From: a virus
Lineage: Duplodnaviria; Heunggongvirae; Uroviricota; Caudoviricetes
Direction: 5' to 3' (one strand)
IMG/VR virus record: IMGVR_UViG_3300032007_000002
DNA length: 64,000 bases
Translations under genes and position numbers: made by a program
Shown: piece after piece, positions 34,782 to 45,104 of the stretch
Numbering within the stretch: position 1 is the stretch's first letter
Layout: each line of letters opens with the position of its first letter
The notes under the pieces: model-generated
What the model saw: the letters and a program-made list of their open reading frames with translations, nothing else
Database searches by the model: none
Told to the model about the DNA's origin: nothing

Positions 34782-36206
34782 TTAGAGGGGCTTGTTGCAG
34801 AGGGGGCAAGCGTGGATGGTGAACTTGGCCTGGGCCACGCCGTCCGGGCGGTAGATGACCATGGTCTTCCCGTCGCCCTTCTGCATGTAGCTGTCGCCGA
34901 AGTCCTCCTTGACGCGTTCGCCTTCGCAGAAGGGGCACGGCTTCGGCTTGTAGAGGGCGTCGAAGAGCTTGTCCGCTTCCTCCTGGACATCAGTGAGCTT
35001 CTCGCCCTGGATGTTGGTTTTCCAGGTTTCGTATGCGTCGGCCCCGTAGAAGGAGACATAGTAGCCGACAATCTCGTAGGACTTGCAGGTTTCCTGGAAG
35101 ATGCTGTTCCAATCGTCCGCGTCGCCTTCGCGTCTTGCACGGTTGATGCAGTCGGCCTCCTTGGCGCGGTACACGGCGAGGTAGTCTTCGGGCGTGGTGT
35201 CCTTGCCCGGGAAGTCCACCATCGTCATGCGGGTGAGGAAGGTGCCGAGGTCGAGGAGGGAGCCGAGGACATGGGGCTGATGGTACTCCTTGCCGTAGGT
35301 GCCGCTCTTCGCGATGATACAGCTTTCATGGTCCCCGGCATAGCGCTTGAACTTGATTACGTAGCGGCGACCGTTGTACTGTATGCCGAGCTTGACGATA
35401 TCGGCGCCGTTGCCGTCGAACTCGTCGAAGTAGTGGCCCTTCTCGATGAGTTGGGCGCCCGGGATGAAGCGGCCGAGGAACGCCTTGGCGACTTCGGTCA
35501 CGGCGCGGTCGCGGTCCTCGCCCGGAAATTCAAAAATTTTCTTGCAGACGTTTTCGGCGTATTCCCTCGGGTCCGGGCCGATTTCGTCAACCTTGTCGTT
35601 CACCCATTCGACAAAGCCCTTCATGCCGTCCGGGGAGAAGATGTTGAAGTAGCCGTTGGTGTCCGCGAGTTCCTCGCCGCGCTTGCCGAAAAGCTGTGCG
35701 CTGACGGTGGCGCAGGTCTTGCCGTCCTGGTCCACCCCGGTGTCATAGGTGCGGACCGTGACGGCGACGATGTACTCGTCTTGGTCCACGGTGTAGGAAC
35801 CCTTGATTTCAAACTCCTGGCTACCCATGTCGTGCACGGCGTATTGGAGGAACTTGAACGGGGAGCCGAGGGCGAGTTCGACGCGCTTGCGGTACTTGCT
35901 GAAGTAGTTTTCGATGACGAAGTCGATGAGGCCGTGTTCGCGGCGGTTCAGCGGGACATCCACGCAGTTGCCGTCGTGCATGATTTCCACGATTTCCTGG
36001 TTCGAGGTGGACGGGACGAAGAAGCGGAGGGTGAACGTTTCGCCGAGGAAGTCGAACTCGCAGTCATACCACGGGGAGGACTTGTCGAAGGAAGCCTCGC
36101 AGTGCGTAATCTTGGCGCCCGGACAGTCAATCATCTGCAACGCGACTGCTTCGGCGACGCTGTCGATGGTCTTGACGGATTTGAGAAAGCTGAAAATTCG
36201 GTTCAT
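34782..36206 (-). CDS. Multi-domain hypothetical protein with C-terminal Zn-ribbon (class A cassette)
   Basis: 474 aa; CPFCE...CPLC. Confidence 0.75.
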   Translation of the reverse strand: MNRIFSFLKSVKTIDSVAEAVALQMIDCPGAKITHCEASFDKSSPWYDCEFDFLGETFTLRFFVPSTSNQEIVEIMHDGNCVDVPLNRREHGLIDFVIENYFSKYRKRVELALGSPFKFLQYAVHDMGSQEFEIKGSYTVDQDEYIVAVTVRTYDTGVDQDGKTCATVSAQLFGKRGEELADTNGYFNIFSPDGMKGFVEWVNDKVDEIGPDPREYAENVCKKIFEFPGEDRDRAVTEVAKAFLGRFIPGAQLIEKGHYFDEFDGNGADIVKLGIQYNGRRYVIKFKRYAGDHESCIIAKSGTYGKEYHQPHVLGSLLDLGTFLTRMTMVDFPGKDTTPEDYLAVYRAKEADCINRARREGDADDWNSIFQETCKSYEIVGYYVSFYGADAYETWKTNIQGEKLTDVQEEADKLFDALYKPKPCPFCEGERVKEDFGDSYMQKGDGKTMVIYRPDGVAQAKFTIHACPLCNKPL

Positions 36207-36380
36207 TGTGTGTCTCCTTTTGATATGCCGTCTATGTGACGGCGGGTGGCGCCTGGGTCACCCTCTCCCGTGATTCCGTAAGGGGAAAGACCCCCGCCCG
36301 TCCCCCGTTCAGTGTGTGTTGTGGTAAACTGTGTCGGGGGGATTGGAACGCGGAGGGAGGCCGCGTGGGCGGGGGAAATA

Positions 36381-36893
36381 TTATGCGTCGTCCGGGTCCA
36401 TGCCTTCCGCGATGTGCTTGTCGTATTCGGCCTTTCGGGCGTCGTACTTCTCGCGGACCTTGTTGAGCATGGCGGTGACGGGGAACTGTTCGGCCTCGAC
36501 TTGCTTGGAGGTGAACTCTACTGTACCCCAGTCCTCGATTTCGCCGTCGTTGCAGTCCACGACCATCATCATGTACCAGGAGCCGGGATTTTCGAGGTCG
36601 ATGGAGAGCTGTGTCTTGACCTGGTGGTCATCCTTCGACCACTTGCACCATTCGGGCTTGAGGGCCACGCGGATGTCGATGTAGGTAATGTTGTTTTCAC
36701 CCCAGGAGGTAATCACCGCGTCCTTGATGTCCGGGTGTTCCTGGGCAAAGAGCGCCTGGACCAGGTTGGTGATGTTGTCCAGGTCTTCTGTATGCTTCTT
36801 GCGGAAGCCGACTGCATCAACGTTGCCGAGCGCGACCTTGTAGTTTTCGTCGAGGTGGGCAAGTACGTTTGCAAATGTGGCGAGATTGTTCAT
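36381..36893 (-). CDS. Hypothetical protein (class A cassette)
   Basis: Start MNNLATF after element and RBS. Confidence 0.7.
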   Translation of the reverse strand: MNNLATFANVLAHLDENYKVALGNVDAVGFRKKHTEDLDNITNLVQALFAQEHPDIKDAVITSWGENNITYIDIRVALKPEWCKWSKDDHQVKTQLSIDLENPGSWYMMMVVDCNDGEIEDWGTVEFTSKQVEAEQFPVTAMLNKVREKYDARKAEYDKHIAEGMDPDDA

Positions 36894-36964
36894 CGTGTCT
36901 CCTTTTGATACCCGGACTATGTGATCGGGGTGGCGCCTGGGGTGGCGCCTCCCGTGATTCCGCC

Positions 36965-37375
36965 CTACGCCTTGTCGTATTCGTTGGTGATGATGCTGAT
37001 GTCGTAGCACATCGCGAGGAAGCCGTGGCGGAGGCTGATGTAGCGCGGCATGTCGTAGAATACCATCTTCCAATTAGCGCCGAGTGCGTTCGCGGCGGTC
37101 TTGAAGCCTTTTTCGCCGGGATGTACTGTGAGGTCATCCATGCCGTTTTCGGCGACGGACGTCGCGTAGGATTCGGGTTCCTCGGAAATCCATGCCTTGA
37201 CAGCGGAGCGGACAGCCTTTTTGAAGGTCGCGTCCGTCTTGTACTTCGTGTGGAACGGGAGGACTTCGCGGTTCGGGGCGTCCATTTCGTCCCCGTTGGG
37301 GTCGATTTTCAAGGTGATGAACGCGCAGTAGGGAAGGTCGTTGAGGTTGACATTTACGGTGTCTTTCTTTGCCAT
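36965..37375 (-). CDS. Hypothetical protein
   Basis: Start MAKKDTV after AAGGA. Confidence 0.65.
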   Translation of the reverse strand: MAKKDTVNVNLNDLPYCAFITLKIDPNGDEMDAPNREVLPFHTKYKTDATFKKAVRSAVKAWISEEPESYATSVAENGMDDLTVHPGEKGFKTAANALGANWKMVFYDMPRYISLRHGFLAMCYDISIITNEYDKA

Positions 37376-37398
37376 TTGTAAACTTCCTTTTTCAAAAA

Positions 37399-38001
37399 TT
37401 AAATATTTTTCATCATCGGCTTGAACCAATCCGGGACCTTGACCGCGATACGGTCGCCGTCGGCATAGACGGGAACGAGGGTGAGGACTTCGGGTGTCCT
37501 GGCGATGAACGACCCGGCTTCTTCCCCGCAGTCCCATTTGGTGAAACGGTCATCCTCGAAGTCCACATCTTCCGGGATGGCGTGGACGGCGGTGGCGTCG
37601 CCGCAGGTGTCGAATACGAGCTTGAAGCCGCCTTCCTTGAGGAGTTCCTCGGCTTCCTTCATCTTGGCGCGGGCCATCTTGATGAAGCCTTCCTTAGTGG
37701 ACGGGGTGCTTTCGTCCTCGACGAGGTTCCAATCGTCCTTCGTGTCCTGGAAGCGCTTGTAGTTCCCGAAGCAGACGTCCTTCACGACGGAGAGGATGGC
37801 TTCCGGGTTCAGCAGGTCGTCGGAGTGGCAGTTGAAGTGGCGGAAGAAGGTGTCGTCGGTCTCTTCCGCTGTGACGGCCGTGTAGGTGTCGCTTTCGCCC
37901 GCTTCGTAGAGGATGCGCATGGTGTCCGCGCCGTCCGGGATGATGACTGTGAGGGTCGCGGTGGTGTCCGACACGTTGCGGTAAACATATTCTTTTTTCA
38001 T
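37399..38001 (-). CDS. Hypothetical protein (class A cassette)
   Basis: Element plus RBS. Confidence 0.7.
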   Translation of the reverse strand: MKKEYVYRNVSDTTATLTVIIPDGADTMRILYEAGESDTYTAVTAEETDDTFFRHFNCHSDDLLNPEAILSVVKDVCFGNYKRFQDTKDDWNLVEDESTPSTKEGFIKMARAKMKEAEELLKEGGFKLVFDTCGDATAVHAIPEDVDFEDDRFTKWDCGEEAGSFIARTPEVLTLVPVYADGDRIAVKVPDWFKPMMKNI

Positions 38002-38025
38002 TCTTGTCTCCTTTTGATGCGCACC

Positions 38026-38496
38026 TTATGTGAAGTCCACGGTGTCGTGGACCTCCGGGTCCGTGATTCCCTTGGGCATCTTGACCTTGATGAGGTCGTA
38101 TTCGCGGCGGGAGGTGTAGTTCTCCCATCCGTTGTTCGGGGTCTCGATATACGGGTAGCCGAGGGACTTCAGGCGCTTGACATCTTCGTGCAGGTCTTTC
38201 AGCTGTTCGTGGTCGAGGTGGTGGAGGTGCTTGGGGTTCCACTTCTTGTAGAAGCCCACGAAGGAACATCCGCGACCGTTGGCCTTGGCCTCGTCGTTGG
38301 CGATGGCGAGCGCGGTTTCCTGGCACTGGCCTCCGTGGGAGGTCCCGCGGTGGTTCGGCCAGAACACATGGGCCGCGGTGGAGAAATACGGCTTATCGTT
38401 GTCGCCGCAGCGGTAGTAGTCGATCGTGAGGGTCGCATCCTTGGAAATCTTGAAGCAGATGCAAAATTCTTTTTTCTTGTAGCAGATGTTTGCCAT
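38026..38496 (-). CDS. Hypothetical protein (class A cassette; 3' end encodes the next element)
   Basis: YFST...GGQCQE...KWNPKHL motif. Confidence 0.7.
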   Translation of the reverse strand: MANICYKKKEFCICFKISKDATLTIDYYRCGDNDKPYFSTAAHVFWPNHRGTSHGGQCQETALAIANDEAKANGRGCSFVGFYKKWNPKHLHHLDHEQLKDLHEDVKRLKSLGYPYIETPNNGWENYTSRREYDLIKVKMPKGITDPEVHDTVDFT

Positions 38497-38568
38497 GTCG
38501 GTATCTCCTTTTGATGGTCTCTCTATGTTATCGCCCCGTGGGCGGGTTTTGTAAACCCCGTGATTCCG

Positions 38569-39009
38569 CTACCACACGATCTTGCGGTAGCTGAACCCGT
38601 CCTCGTCGGTCACCCCGGCGGGAACGACCTTCGCGGACAGCATGCGGTGGCGCTGTGCCTCGAAGATGGCATCCAGTTCCTCGATGGTGAGGGCGTGGGC
38701 CTGGCGCTGTATGTCCGAGGGGTTGAAGCGCGGTTCCTTGCTGTTGTAGCAGTTGTTGGGGAGGAGGAAGGTCGTGCTGTATGTCGGCCAGGAACCGCCG
38801 AGGCGGTCGTAGCAGAGGCAGGTGTTGGCGGTCTCCATCGCCGAGAGGATGCGCAGGCGGTGGATTTCTTCCGGCGTCTCCAGGTAGGTGTAGGCGATGT
38901 TGTTCGCCTTGGCCTCCGGGTCGCGTTCCATGACGGCCGCCTGGATGGATGCCTTTTCCGCTTCAATTTCCGGGGTGGACAGCCCGAGCTTTCCCATGAC
39001 GTATGCCAT
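38569..39009 (-). CDS. Hypothetical protein (class A cassette)
   Basis: Bounded by elements. Confidence 0.7.
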   Translation of the reverse strand: MAYVMGKLGLSTPEIEAEKASIQAAVMERDPEAKANNIAYTYLETPEEIHRLRILSAMETANTCLCYDRLGGSWPTYSTTFLLPNNCYNSKEPRFNPSDIQRQAHALTIEELDAIFEAQRHRMLSAKVVPAGVTDEDGFSYRKIVW

Positions 39010-39092
39010 AATCGAATCTCCTTTTGATATGCCGTATATGTGAAGAGGGGGACCCGATTGGATCCCCCTCCCGTGATTCCGTCACGTTGTCC

Positions 39093-39890
39093 CTAGCGGC
39101 GTACCGCGACCGGGATTTCGTCCCAAAGGGCGAAGATTTCGCCGTCGGCGCCCCTTCTGCGCATTTCGCCCATGGTGCAGGGCGGCGGGTTCACGAAGAG
39201 GTTCACCGCGTCGGTCATCGCCTGCGGTTCAGTTCCGGGGGTGAACGAGAAACGCTTGAGGCGGTCGGGGTTCTGCTCGTCGTAGTGCTTTGACTTGATG
39301 AGGGACGAGAAGTATTCCTGGCCGAGGTCGTTCTTGACCACGGGGCCGCCGAGGTCGAACACGTTGGTCCCGTTCTTGTCGATGTAGCGCGGGCCTTCGC
39401 CTGGGGGTTGGATGAGCACGGAGTCCTGGTCGTACTTCCCGCACATTTCCTTCGCGAACTGTTCCATCTTGGACCATTCCACGGGCTTGCCGTCGCGGTA
39501 ATGCGCGGGGATGACGAAGGAGGTTTCGCCGTTCGCAGTCTTCGGCGGGTTGGTCTGCATGTCGCGGTAGCCGCCATAGACCACGATGTAGGAAAGCCCC
39601 TGGGCCTTGATGTCGGCGAGAAGCTCATGGCGCTTTTGGTAGTTTTCCGCTTCCGAGCGTTCGACTCGGTCCGCAGAGAGGATAATCATGCCGTCCTTGC
39701 CGTGTTGGATGATGCGGTCGACGGTCGCTTCGGTGAGCGGTTGGAGCCTTGAATGGTTGGATTCGTAACCGTACATGGCCATCGGTTCGCGGTCGCGCAC
39801 ACTTTCGATATACGCGGAAAGTTCCTGGCCCATGTCGGGGTGGGCGCCCATCATGCGCACCCTTGCGTTAAGTTCGTTTGCTGTGGACAT
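39093..39890 (-). CDS. Conserved myophage-type hypothetical protein (DUF3293-like)
   Basis: LTEATVDRI...ILSADR...EN..R..L...I...GLSY..V.GGY...ETSFVI...KYDQDSVL pattern. Confidence 0.65.
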   Translation of the reverse strand: MSTANELNARVRMMGAHPDMGQELSAYIESVRDREPMAMYGYESNHSRLQPLTEATVDRIIQHGKDGMIILSADRVERSEAENYQKRHELLADIKAQGLSYIVVYGGYRDMQTNPPKTANGETSFVIPAHYRDGKPVEWSKMEQFAKEMCGKYDQDSVLIQPPGEGPRYIDKNGTNVFDLGGPVVKNDLGQEYFSSLIKSKHYDEQNPDRLKRFSFTPGTEPQAMTDAVNLFVNPPPCTMGEMRRRGADGEIFALWDEIPVAVRR

Positions 39891-40013
39891 ATATGTTAAT
39901 CCTCTGATTTCAATAGTTTATATCGTCCGGCACTGAAATATAGCAACTTCCGGTAGCCACCGTATGTGACCGGGGTGGCGCCTCGGGTGGCGCCTCCCGT
40001 GATTCCGACGGGC

Positions 40014-40436
40014 CTAGATGCCCTTCATCGCCCTTTCGAGGAGCCGGGCGTAGTCGAGGGCGAGCTTGTGGAGGCGGTCCAGGGTGTCGTGGGAGATATG
40101 CCCGTTCACGCCGGGGACGACGCTAGTGAGGACGGTCCCGCTGAACACGGTCTTCTTGCCTTCAGTGAGCTTCCAGTCGACGCAACCTTCCCCGCCCTGG
40201 GTGAGCTTCATCTCAATGACGGAGGGGGAAAGGTAGTTGATGCAGGGGGACACGGTGAACCCGGCCACGCGGAACGACACGATGCGGGTAATGCCGTCCT
40301 TCTTGGCCACGCGGCCGTAGACCGGGTAATACTCGCTGAAGCAGGTTTCCCTGATGGGCGGGGTCTTCTCGCGCTTCTTGACCCACTGGTCGATGGAGTA
40401 GACGTTTTCTTCTGCGAGGGTAAGCTGTTTCTTCAT
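40014..40436 (-). CDS. Hypothetical protein (class A cassette)
   Basis: Start MKKQLTL after element and RBS. Confidence 0.7.
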   Translation of the reverse strand: MKKQLTLAEENVYSIDQWVKKREKTPPIRETCFSEYYPVYGRVAKKDGITRIVSFRVAGFTVSPCINYLSPSVIEMKLTQGGEGCVDWKLTEGKKTVFSGTVLTSVVPGVNGHISHDTLDRLHKLALDYARLLERAMKGI

Positions 40437-40583
40437 GGGGTATCTCCTTTTTACATCCGCCCTATGTGACCGGGGAGGGCGCCCGGATCCCCTTCCCCGT
40501 GATTCCGTCACGGATCACGAAAAAACTGTCACGAAAAGCGTACACTTTCCGTGACAGAGAAGGAGATACGAAAATCAAAAAAT

Positions 40584-41168
40584 TTAATATTCCTGGACAA
40601 GTTCGCACTTCATGGCGAAACGGAGCGGGACATTTGCCGGGACGGGGAGCTTTCCGTCCGGGGCGACGATGCAGTTGTAGCCGTCCGTTGCGGTTTCCTT
40701 CGCTACATCGGAAATGAAGACCACGTATTCGCCATCGCGGCGGTTGTAGCACCGGGTCCCGCGCTTGATTTTCTGCTTGTCGAGGTCAGCGTCGTATTCC
40801 GCGCCGAACTTGGAGACGAGGAGGTTTTCTTCTTCCTTGAAGAGGAAGTCGAAGAGGGTCTCGTCCTCGGACGGGGTGTTCTCGGTGTGCTGCTTGACGA
40901 GCTGGTCGATGTTGGCGTACTTTTCGAGTTCCGCCTTGACGAGCTGTGCCAGGAGTTCCATCGCGGAGTCGGAGAGAATACTCGTGCACATGGACACGTC
41001 GGCATATTCGAAATCGGCGCGTTCCACGTCAAGCGTCACGCCCTTGATCGTGAACGGGAACTTTTTGTGACAGTGTGCTTCTTCCTGCTTGGTGTGCGGG
41101 ATGTTCGGCGCGGCGCCGATGACCTGCTGAAGTTCGTTGAACGGGATGCAATATTCTTTCTTTGCCAT
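40584..41168 (-). CDS. Hypothetical protein (class A cassette)
   Basis: Element plus RBS. Confidence 0.7.
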   Translation of the reverse strand: MAKKEYCIPFNELQQVIGAAPNIPHTKQEEAHCHKKFPFTIKGVTLDVERADFEYADVSMCTSILSDSAMELLAQLVKAELEKYANIDQLVKQHTENTPSEDETLFDFLFKEEENLLVSKFGAEYDADLDKQKIKRGTRCYNRRDGEYVVFISDVAKETATDGYNCIVAPDGKLPVPANVPLRFAMKCELVQEY

Positions 41169-41260
41169 TGGGATGTCTCCTTTCGATATGCCTCTTATGT
41201 TACCCCCGGAGGGGAGGGGCGGGAGGCGCCCCGTGATTCCGTCAGCCCTGGGGTCCGCCC

Positions 41261-41533
41261 CTAGATAAAGCGTTCGTATGCCCTGGTGAACACGTCGTAG
41301 AACGCGGCGGGGACGGAGTCCGAGGCTACGTTCACGGTGATGAGGTCATCGTTGGCGAATTCGTGCTCGGTGCCCTTGTTGTGGACGATGCCGACCTTGA
41401 TTTCGCCCTTGGCGTAGTCCACCTTCGAGACGAAGGCGTTGGGTTCGACGACCTGGATGGCCTTTTCGAGGGTGTCGAGCTGTTCCTTGCTGAACTCGGT
41501 GAACGCTTTCTTTTCTGCTTCGATAATCTGCAT
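41261..41533 (-). CDS. Hypothetical protein (class A cassette)
   Basis: Element plus RBS; VNVASDS motif. Confidence 0.7.
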   Translation of the reverse strand: MQIIEAEKKAFTEFSKEQLDTLEKAIQVVEPNAFVSKVDYAKGEIKVGIVHNKGTEHEFANDDLITVNVASDSVPAAFYDVFTRAYERFI

Positions 41534-41619
41534 TGGGTGTCTCCTTTTCTTGATGTGCCCTCTATGTTATCGCCGGGATCGGGGGATTTGTAAACCCCCG
41601 TGATTCCGTAGGCGCCACC

Positions 41620-42435
41620 TTATTTGTGGATGTGCTCCTGGATGACCACGTTCACGTTGTGGTTCGTCACGGAGAAGTGAAAGCCGGTATCGCAACAATC
41701 GTCCACGGTGATGAGGGGCTGTTCGTTTTCGAGGTGGTTTTCCTTGATGATGTCGTTCACGATTTCAACGACCGCCGGGTAGGCTTCCTGGGGGGTGTCG
41801 TAGGAGGCGTTGGAAAGGATGGGGTCGGTATCGTCGAACACTCTGTCATGAAAACCGCAAATTGTAAAATATTTTACGGGTTCCGGGTCCACGACCGCGC
41901 CATAGCGTTTTGCAAACTTTTTCACCACATCGTACACCTTGGCGAAGCAGTTGGCCGTATCGGAGGAGTCTTCGAGCGTTTCGGTATAGTGGCGGAGTTC
42001 CTTGATGCCATCGTCGGTAATCTTGTTCACCTGCTCGAGGAGCTTCTTGACGGCTTCCGTCGGTTCCGGCTTTTTCCTGGGCTTGGATTCCTGGATGCGG
42101 TAGTCGGTCTGGTCAGACATGTAGCCGGACCACTCGTCGTTGTAGTAGCCCATGCTCGTAATCTTCTCGATGCCGTGTTCCTTCTTGAAGGCTTCCATGC
42201 CTTCCTTGCGCAGTTCGGCGACGGCCTCGTCGTTGCCGACAATATCATAGTAGTCATCGTTCACGAACAGACGCTGTTCGTAGCCGGCGGAAATCTCGCC
42301 GAGAACCTTGTCCCACAGTTCCTGTTCCGGGTTATCGCCCTTCACCATGATTTTGCCGCACTTGGTTTCCTTGCCGGACTCTTCGTCCTGGCCACCGCGG
42401 ATGCAGTATTCCTGGATGTAAACATTCTTTTTCAT
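41620..42435 (-). CDS. Acidic hypothetical protein (class A cassette)
   Basis: Element plus RBS. Confidence 0.75.
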   Translation of the reverse strand: MKKNVYIQEYCIRGGQDEESGKETKCGKIMVKGDNPEQELWDKVLGEISAGYEQRLFVNDDYYDIVGNDEAVAELRKEGMEAFKKEHGIEKITSMGYYNDEWSGYMSDQTDYRIQESKPRKKPEPTEAVKKLLEQVNKITDDGIKELRHYTETLEDSSDTANCFAKVYDVVKKFAKRYGAVVDPEPVKYFTICGFHDRVFDDTDPILSNASYDTPQEAYPAVVEIVNDIIKENHLENEQPLITVDDCCDTGFHFSVTNHNVNVVIQEHIHK

Positions 42436-42520
42436 TTCGTGTCTCCTTTCGATATGCCCTCTATGTTACGGGGAGGGCGCCTCCAGGGAGGCTACCCGTG
42501 ATTCCGTTGGGGCTTTAACA

Positions 42521-42991
42521 TCAAATGTTTTTCTTACCTGCGAGTTCGGTAATCGTTTTGATGTAATGTTGCATATCCATCGTTGATTTGAACAAGGAAA
42601 CGTAATAACGGATTATTTGCATCAGTTTGCGTGTGCTTTCCCCGTCCTTGGTATAATTGGCGATGTTAAGGACATGCCCGCAGACTACTTTACTTCCTTG
42701 CATGACCCCGATGGAGAGGGAACCTTGGTAATACTCCATTGCAAAGAAAGACACCTTATTGTAGTCTGTGAGGAGGAACTCTGTCGCACACGGCATGTGT
42801 TCAATAGGCTTGATTTCCAACTGCACGAAGTAATGGTCGCGAACGACGGCCCCACACGCGTCCTTGAGTTCCGCGGTGATGTTATTGTTCCCGAACAGGA
42901 TCTTATCGGAGGATTTGCGGAACTCGGCGATTTTAGGTTTGAACTCGGTTTCAAACTTGATGTCCCATTCAGATTTTGTCATCTTTTTCAT
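42521..42991 (-). CDS. Hypothetical protein, lower GC (class A cassette)
   Basis: Between two near-identical elements. Confidence 0.7.
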   Translation of the reverse strand: MKKMTKSEWDIKFETEFKPKIAEFRKSSDKILFGNNNITAELKDACGAVVRDHYFVQLEIKPIEHMPCATEFLLTDYNKVSFFAMEYYQGSLSIGVMQGSKVVCGHVLNIANYTKDGESTRKLMQIIRYYVSLFKSTMDMQHYIKTITELAGKKNI

Positions 42992-43067
42992 TTCGTGTCT
43001 CCTTTTCGATATTCCCCCTATGTTACGGGGAGGGCGCCTCCGGGGAGGCTACCCGTGATTCCGGGTG

Positions 43068-43772
43068 TTACGGGTTTATTCCGCGGTCATCGAGCTTCTT
43101 GACCTTGATGTTGAGCAGTCGGGTTCTTTCTTTGCCCGTCCATCCGCTTTCGCCGAAAATCTTGTTTCCGAGGGAGATTTCGAGCGGGTTGCCGTCTTTG
43201 TCCTTGGCGGTTTCCCACTTGTTGTATTCGGGAAGCGTTTCGGGTTCCGGGTATTCGCCCTTGAACGGGTCGATGGCAATTTTCAACTTTTTGCCGTCGG
43301 TGACAAGGGCGAAGAACTTCGTGACATTCTCGGACACATAGTATGTGGTCCACGTTTCCACATATACCGGGATGCGTTTGCTGTCATTAAACACTTCACT
43401 GTGGTTGCGCTTGGCGAGTTCGCGGTTCACGCTGAATGTGCAGAGCAGGTTGTTGACTTCCCACGGGCGGAAAAAGTCCGGGATGCGTTTGCTGTCATGA
43501 TAGTTTCGCTGGTACATGTCCTCGTGGTGGTAACGGAAGATTGCGCCGAGAACATCGCGTTCGGACAGGTAGCGGTCGTTGCACTCGCAGTCGCGGACCC
43601 AGTAATGAGGGAGACCGCACGGGGCTACATTCGCGAGGAGGAACACGCCCTCGCCGAGGTCGATTTCTTCGGTCTTGTCGTTGTATGCTTCCACCGTCGG
43701 GTTCTTGTAGCCGAGGGCCTTGAGCAGGCTGATGTCGCGCTGTGTGAAGAACTTGCTTTCCTTGATGTCCAT
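43068..43772 (-). CDS. Hypothetical protein (class A cassette)
   Basis: Element plus RBS; internal repeat RNYHDSKRIP / RNHSEVFNDSKRIP. Confidence 0.7.
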   Translation of the reverse strand: MDIKESKFFTQRDISLLKALGYKNPTVEAYNDKTEEIDLGEGVFLLANVAPCGLPHYWVRDCECNDRYLSERDVLGAIFRYHHEDMYQRNYHDSKRIPDFFRPWEVNNLLCTFSVNRELAKRNHSEVFNDSKRIPVYVETWTTYYVSENVTKFFALVTDGKKLKIAIDPFKGEYPEPETLPEYNKWETAKDKDGNPLEISLGNKIFGESGWTGKERTRLLNIKVKKLDDRGINP

Positions 43773-43925
43773 GTCGTATCTCCTTTCGATATGCCCTCTA
43801 TGTGAAGAGGGAGGCGCCTTTACACGCCTCCCCCGTGATTCCGGCGGCTTACCCGAACACCAGGACGGCGAACGCGATAAGGGCCAGTATCAGTTGCAGG
43901 GTTGCCATTTGGCCTCCTTACGGGC

Positions 43926-44420
43926 CTACTTGGACCCGTCCCATGCGGCGAGCTTGAGTCTGTAGTTCGAGGCATCGTCGCAGTCGAAGTCCGTCATGTT
44001 CCCGGCCTCATCGCGGTAGTGGACATGGGTTTCCACATAGACAAAGGGGTCCGTGATGGTGGAACCGTCTTCGTCGATGGTGCAGACGGTGGCGTAAAGG
44101 CCGCAGTTCTTGTCATCCGGCCCGTACAGATAGAGGTCGAAGATGTTGAGGTCGAAGTCCAGGCCGTCCGCCTTGAAGCCAACCCAGGTGTCCTCGAAGT
44201 CCGGGGTCTCGTTGGCCTTGTATCTGTAATCCGCCTCGGTGTCCGTGTTGATTTCCGCCTTGATGCCCGTCTTGCGGTCGGAGAGTTCGAGGCGGTATTC
44301 GTCGCGTTTGCCCTTGCGGGTCTTGTAGATATGCAGGACCGGGTCCTGGAAGATGCGCTTGAGGTCATCCACATCGCTCGGATGAATTTCGATGTTGTCA
44401 ACCTTGGTAGTCTTTGCCAT
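43926..44420 (-). CDS. Hypothetical protein (class A cassette)
   Basis: Start MAKTTKV after element and RBS. Confidence 0.7.
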   Translation of the reverse strand: MAKTTKVDNIEIHPSDVDDLKRIFQDPVLHIYKTRKGKRDEYRLELSDRKTGIKAEINTDTEADYRYKANETPDFEDTWVGFKADGLDFDLNIFDLYLYGPDDKNCGLYATVCTIDEDGSTITDPFVYVETHVHYRDEAGNMTDFDCDDASNYRLKLAAWDGSK

Positions 44421-44491
44421 ATTAGTGTCTCCTTTTGATATGCCCTCTATGTGAAAAGGGAGGGCGCCTCCTACGCCTCCCCCGTGATTCC

Positions 44492-44971
44492 CTAGCCGAT
44501 GCGCTTCGGCCATGCGTAGAGGATTTGGTAGCAGGCGGGCGCCTTCTTCATCTTCCAAAGGTTCGCGTTCACACCGAAAACGATGGGCTTGCCCGTGTTG
44601 CCGTCGATAAATGAAATATTTTTCTCGTCAACCCCGACGGACTCATTCGCGCCGTTCTCGTTAATCCAAAGGATTTCCATGTTGAAATGGTGGTCCTCGA
44701 CGGTTTGGCAGCTTTCGTCGTTGTCGAAGTTGATTGCCAACGGGTAGCCGTCGTAGATGAAGTACACCCATGCGTCGAAAAGATCGACACTGCGGTCGGT
44801 GAACTGCGCGGAGACGCTGTCCCCGTTCTTCAACGTGATGGTCGCCACGTAGAACGCCTTGGTGACCTTGTCTCCCGTCTTGGTGTAGAACTTGCGGATG
44901 GCGACCTTCGCCCCCTTGAACTTCTCCACCACCTTTTCCATGATTTCCGGTGTAATCTTTGTCTTTGCCAT
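44492..44971 (-). CDS. Hypothetical protein (truncated element upstream)
   Basis: Leader and RBS present but promoter boxes missing. Confidence 0.7.
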   Translation of the reverse strand: MAKTKITPEIMEKVVEKFKGAKVAIRKFYTKTGDKVTKAFYVATITLKNGDSVSAQFTDRSVDLFDAWVYFIYDGYPLAINFDNDESCQTVEDHHFNMEILWINENGANESVGVDEKNISFIDGNTGKPIVFGVNANLWKMKKAPACYQILYAWPKRIG

Positions 44972-44997
44972 GTTGGTATCTCCTTTTGATATGCCCT

Positions 44998-45104
44998 TGA
45001 CGGTTATTGGCGTAAGTGTTATATTTAGACTATGCTCGACCTAATTAGTTACTGATTAGTGACAGCGTGAGGTTCAGTTTTGCTCATACGGATGCCTTGT
45101 TCAT
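44998..45104 (-). pseudogene. Cassette remnant: full element and RBS driving a 6-residue ORF (MNKASV) followed by AT-rich debris
   Basis: ATG at 45104, TGA at 45084-45086. Confidence 0.5.

Larger units (their letters stand above)
2792..39946 (-). promoter_or_regulatory. Recurrent promoter-like motif TTGCTATATTTC (class B)
   Basis: Exact copies (+ strand GAAATATAGCAA) at 2792, 4352, 5752, 9355, 13400, 15805, 25969, 39935; variants at 16138, 21946, 22301; all in the same orientation and mostly upstream of minus-strand genes or tRNAs. Confidence 0.7.
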
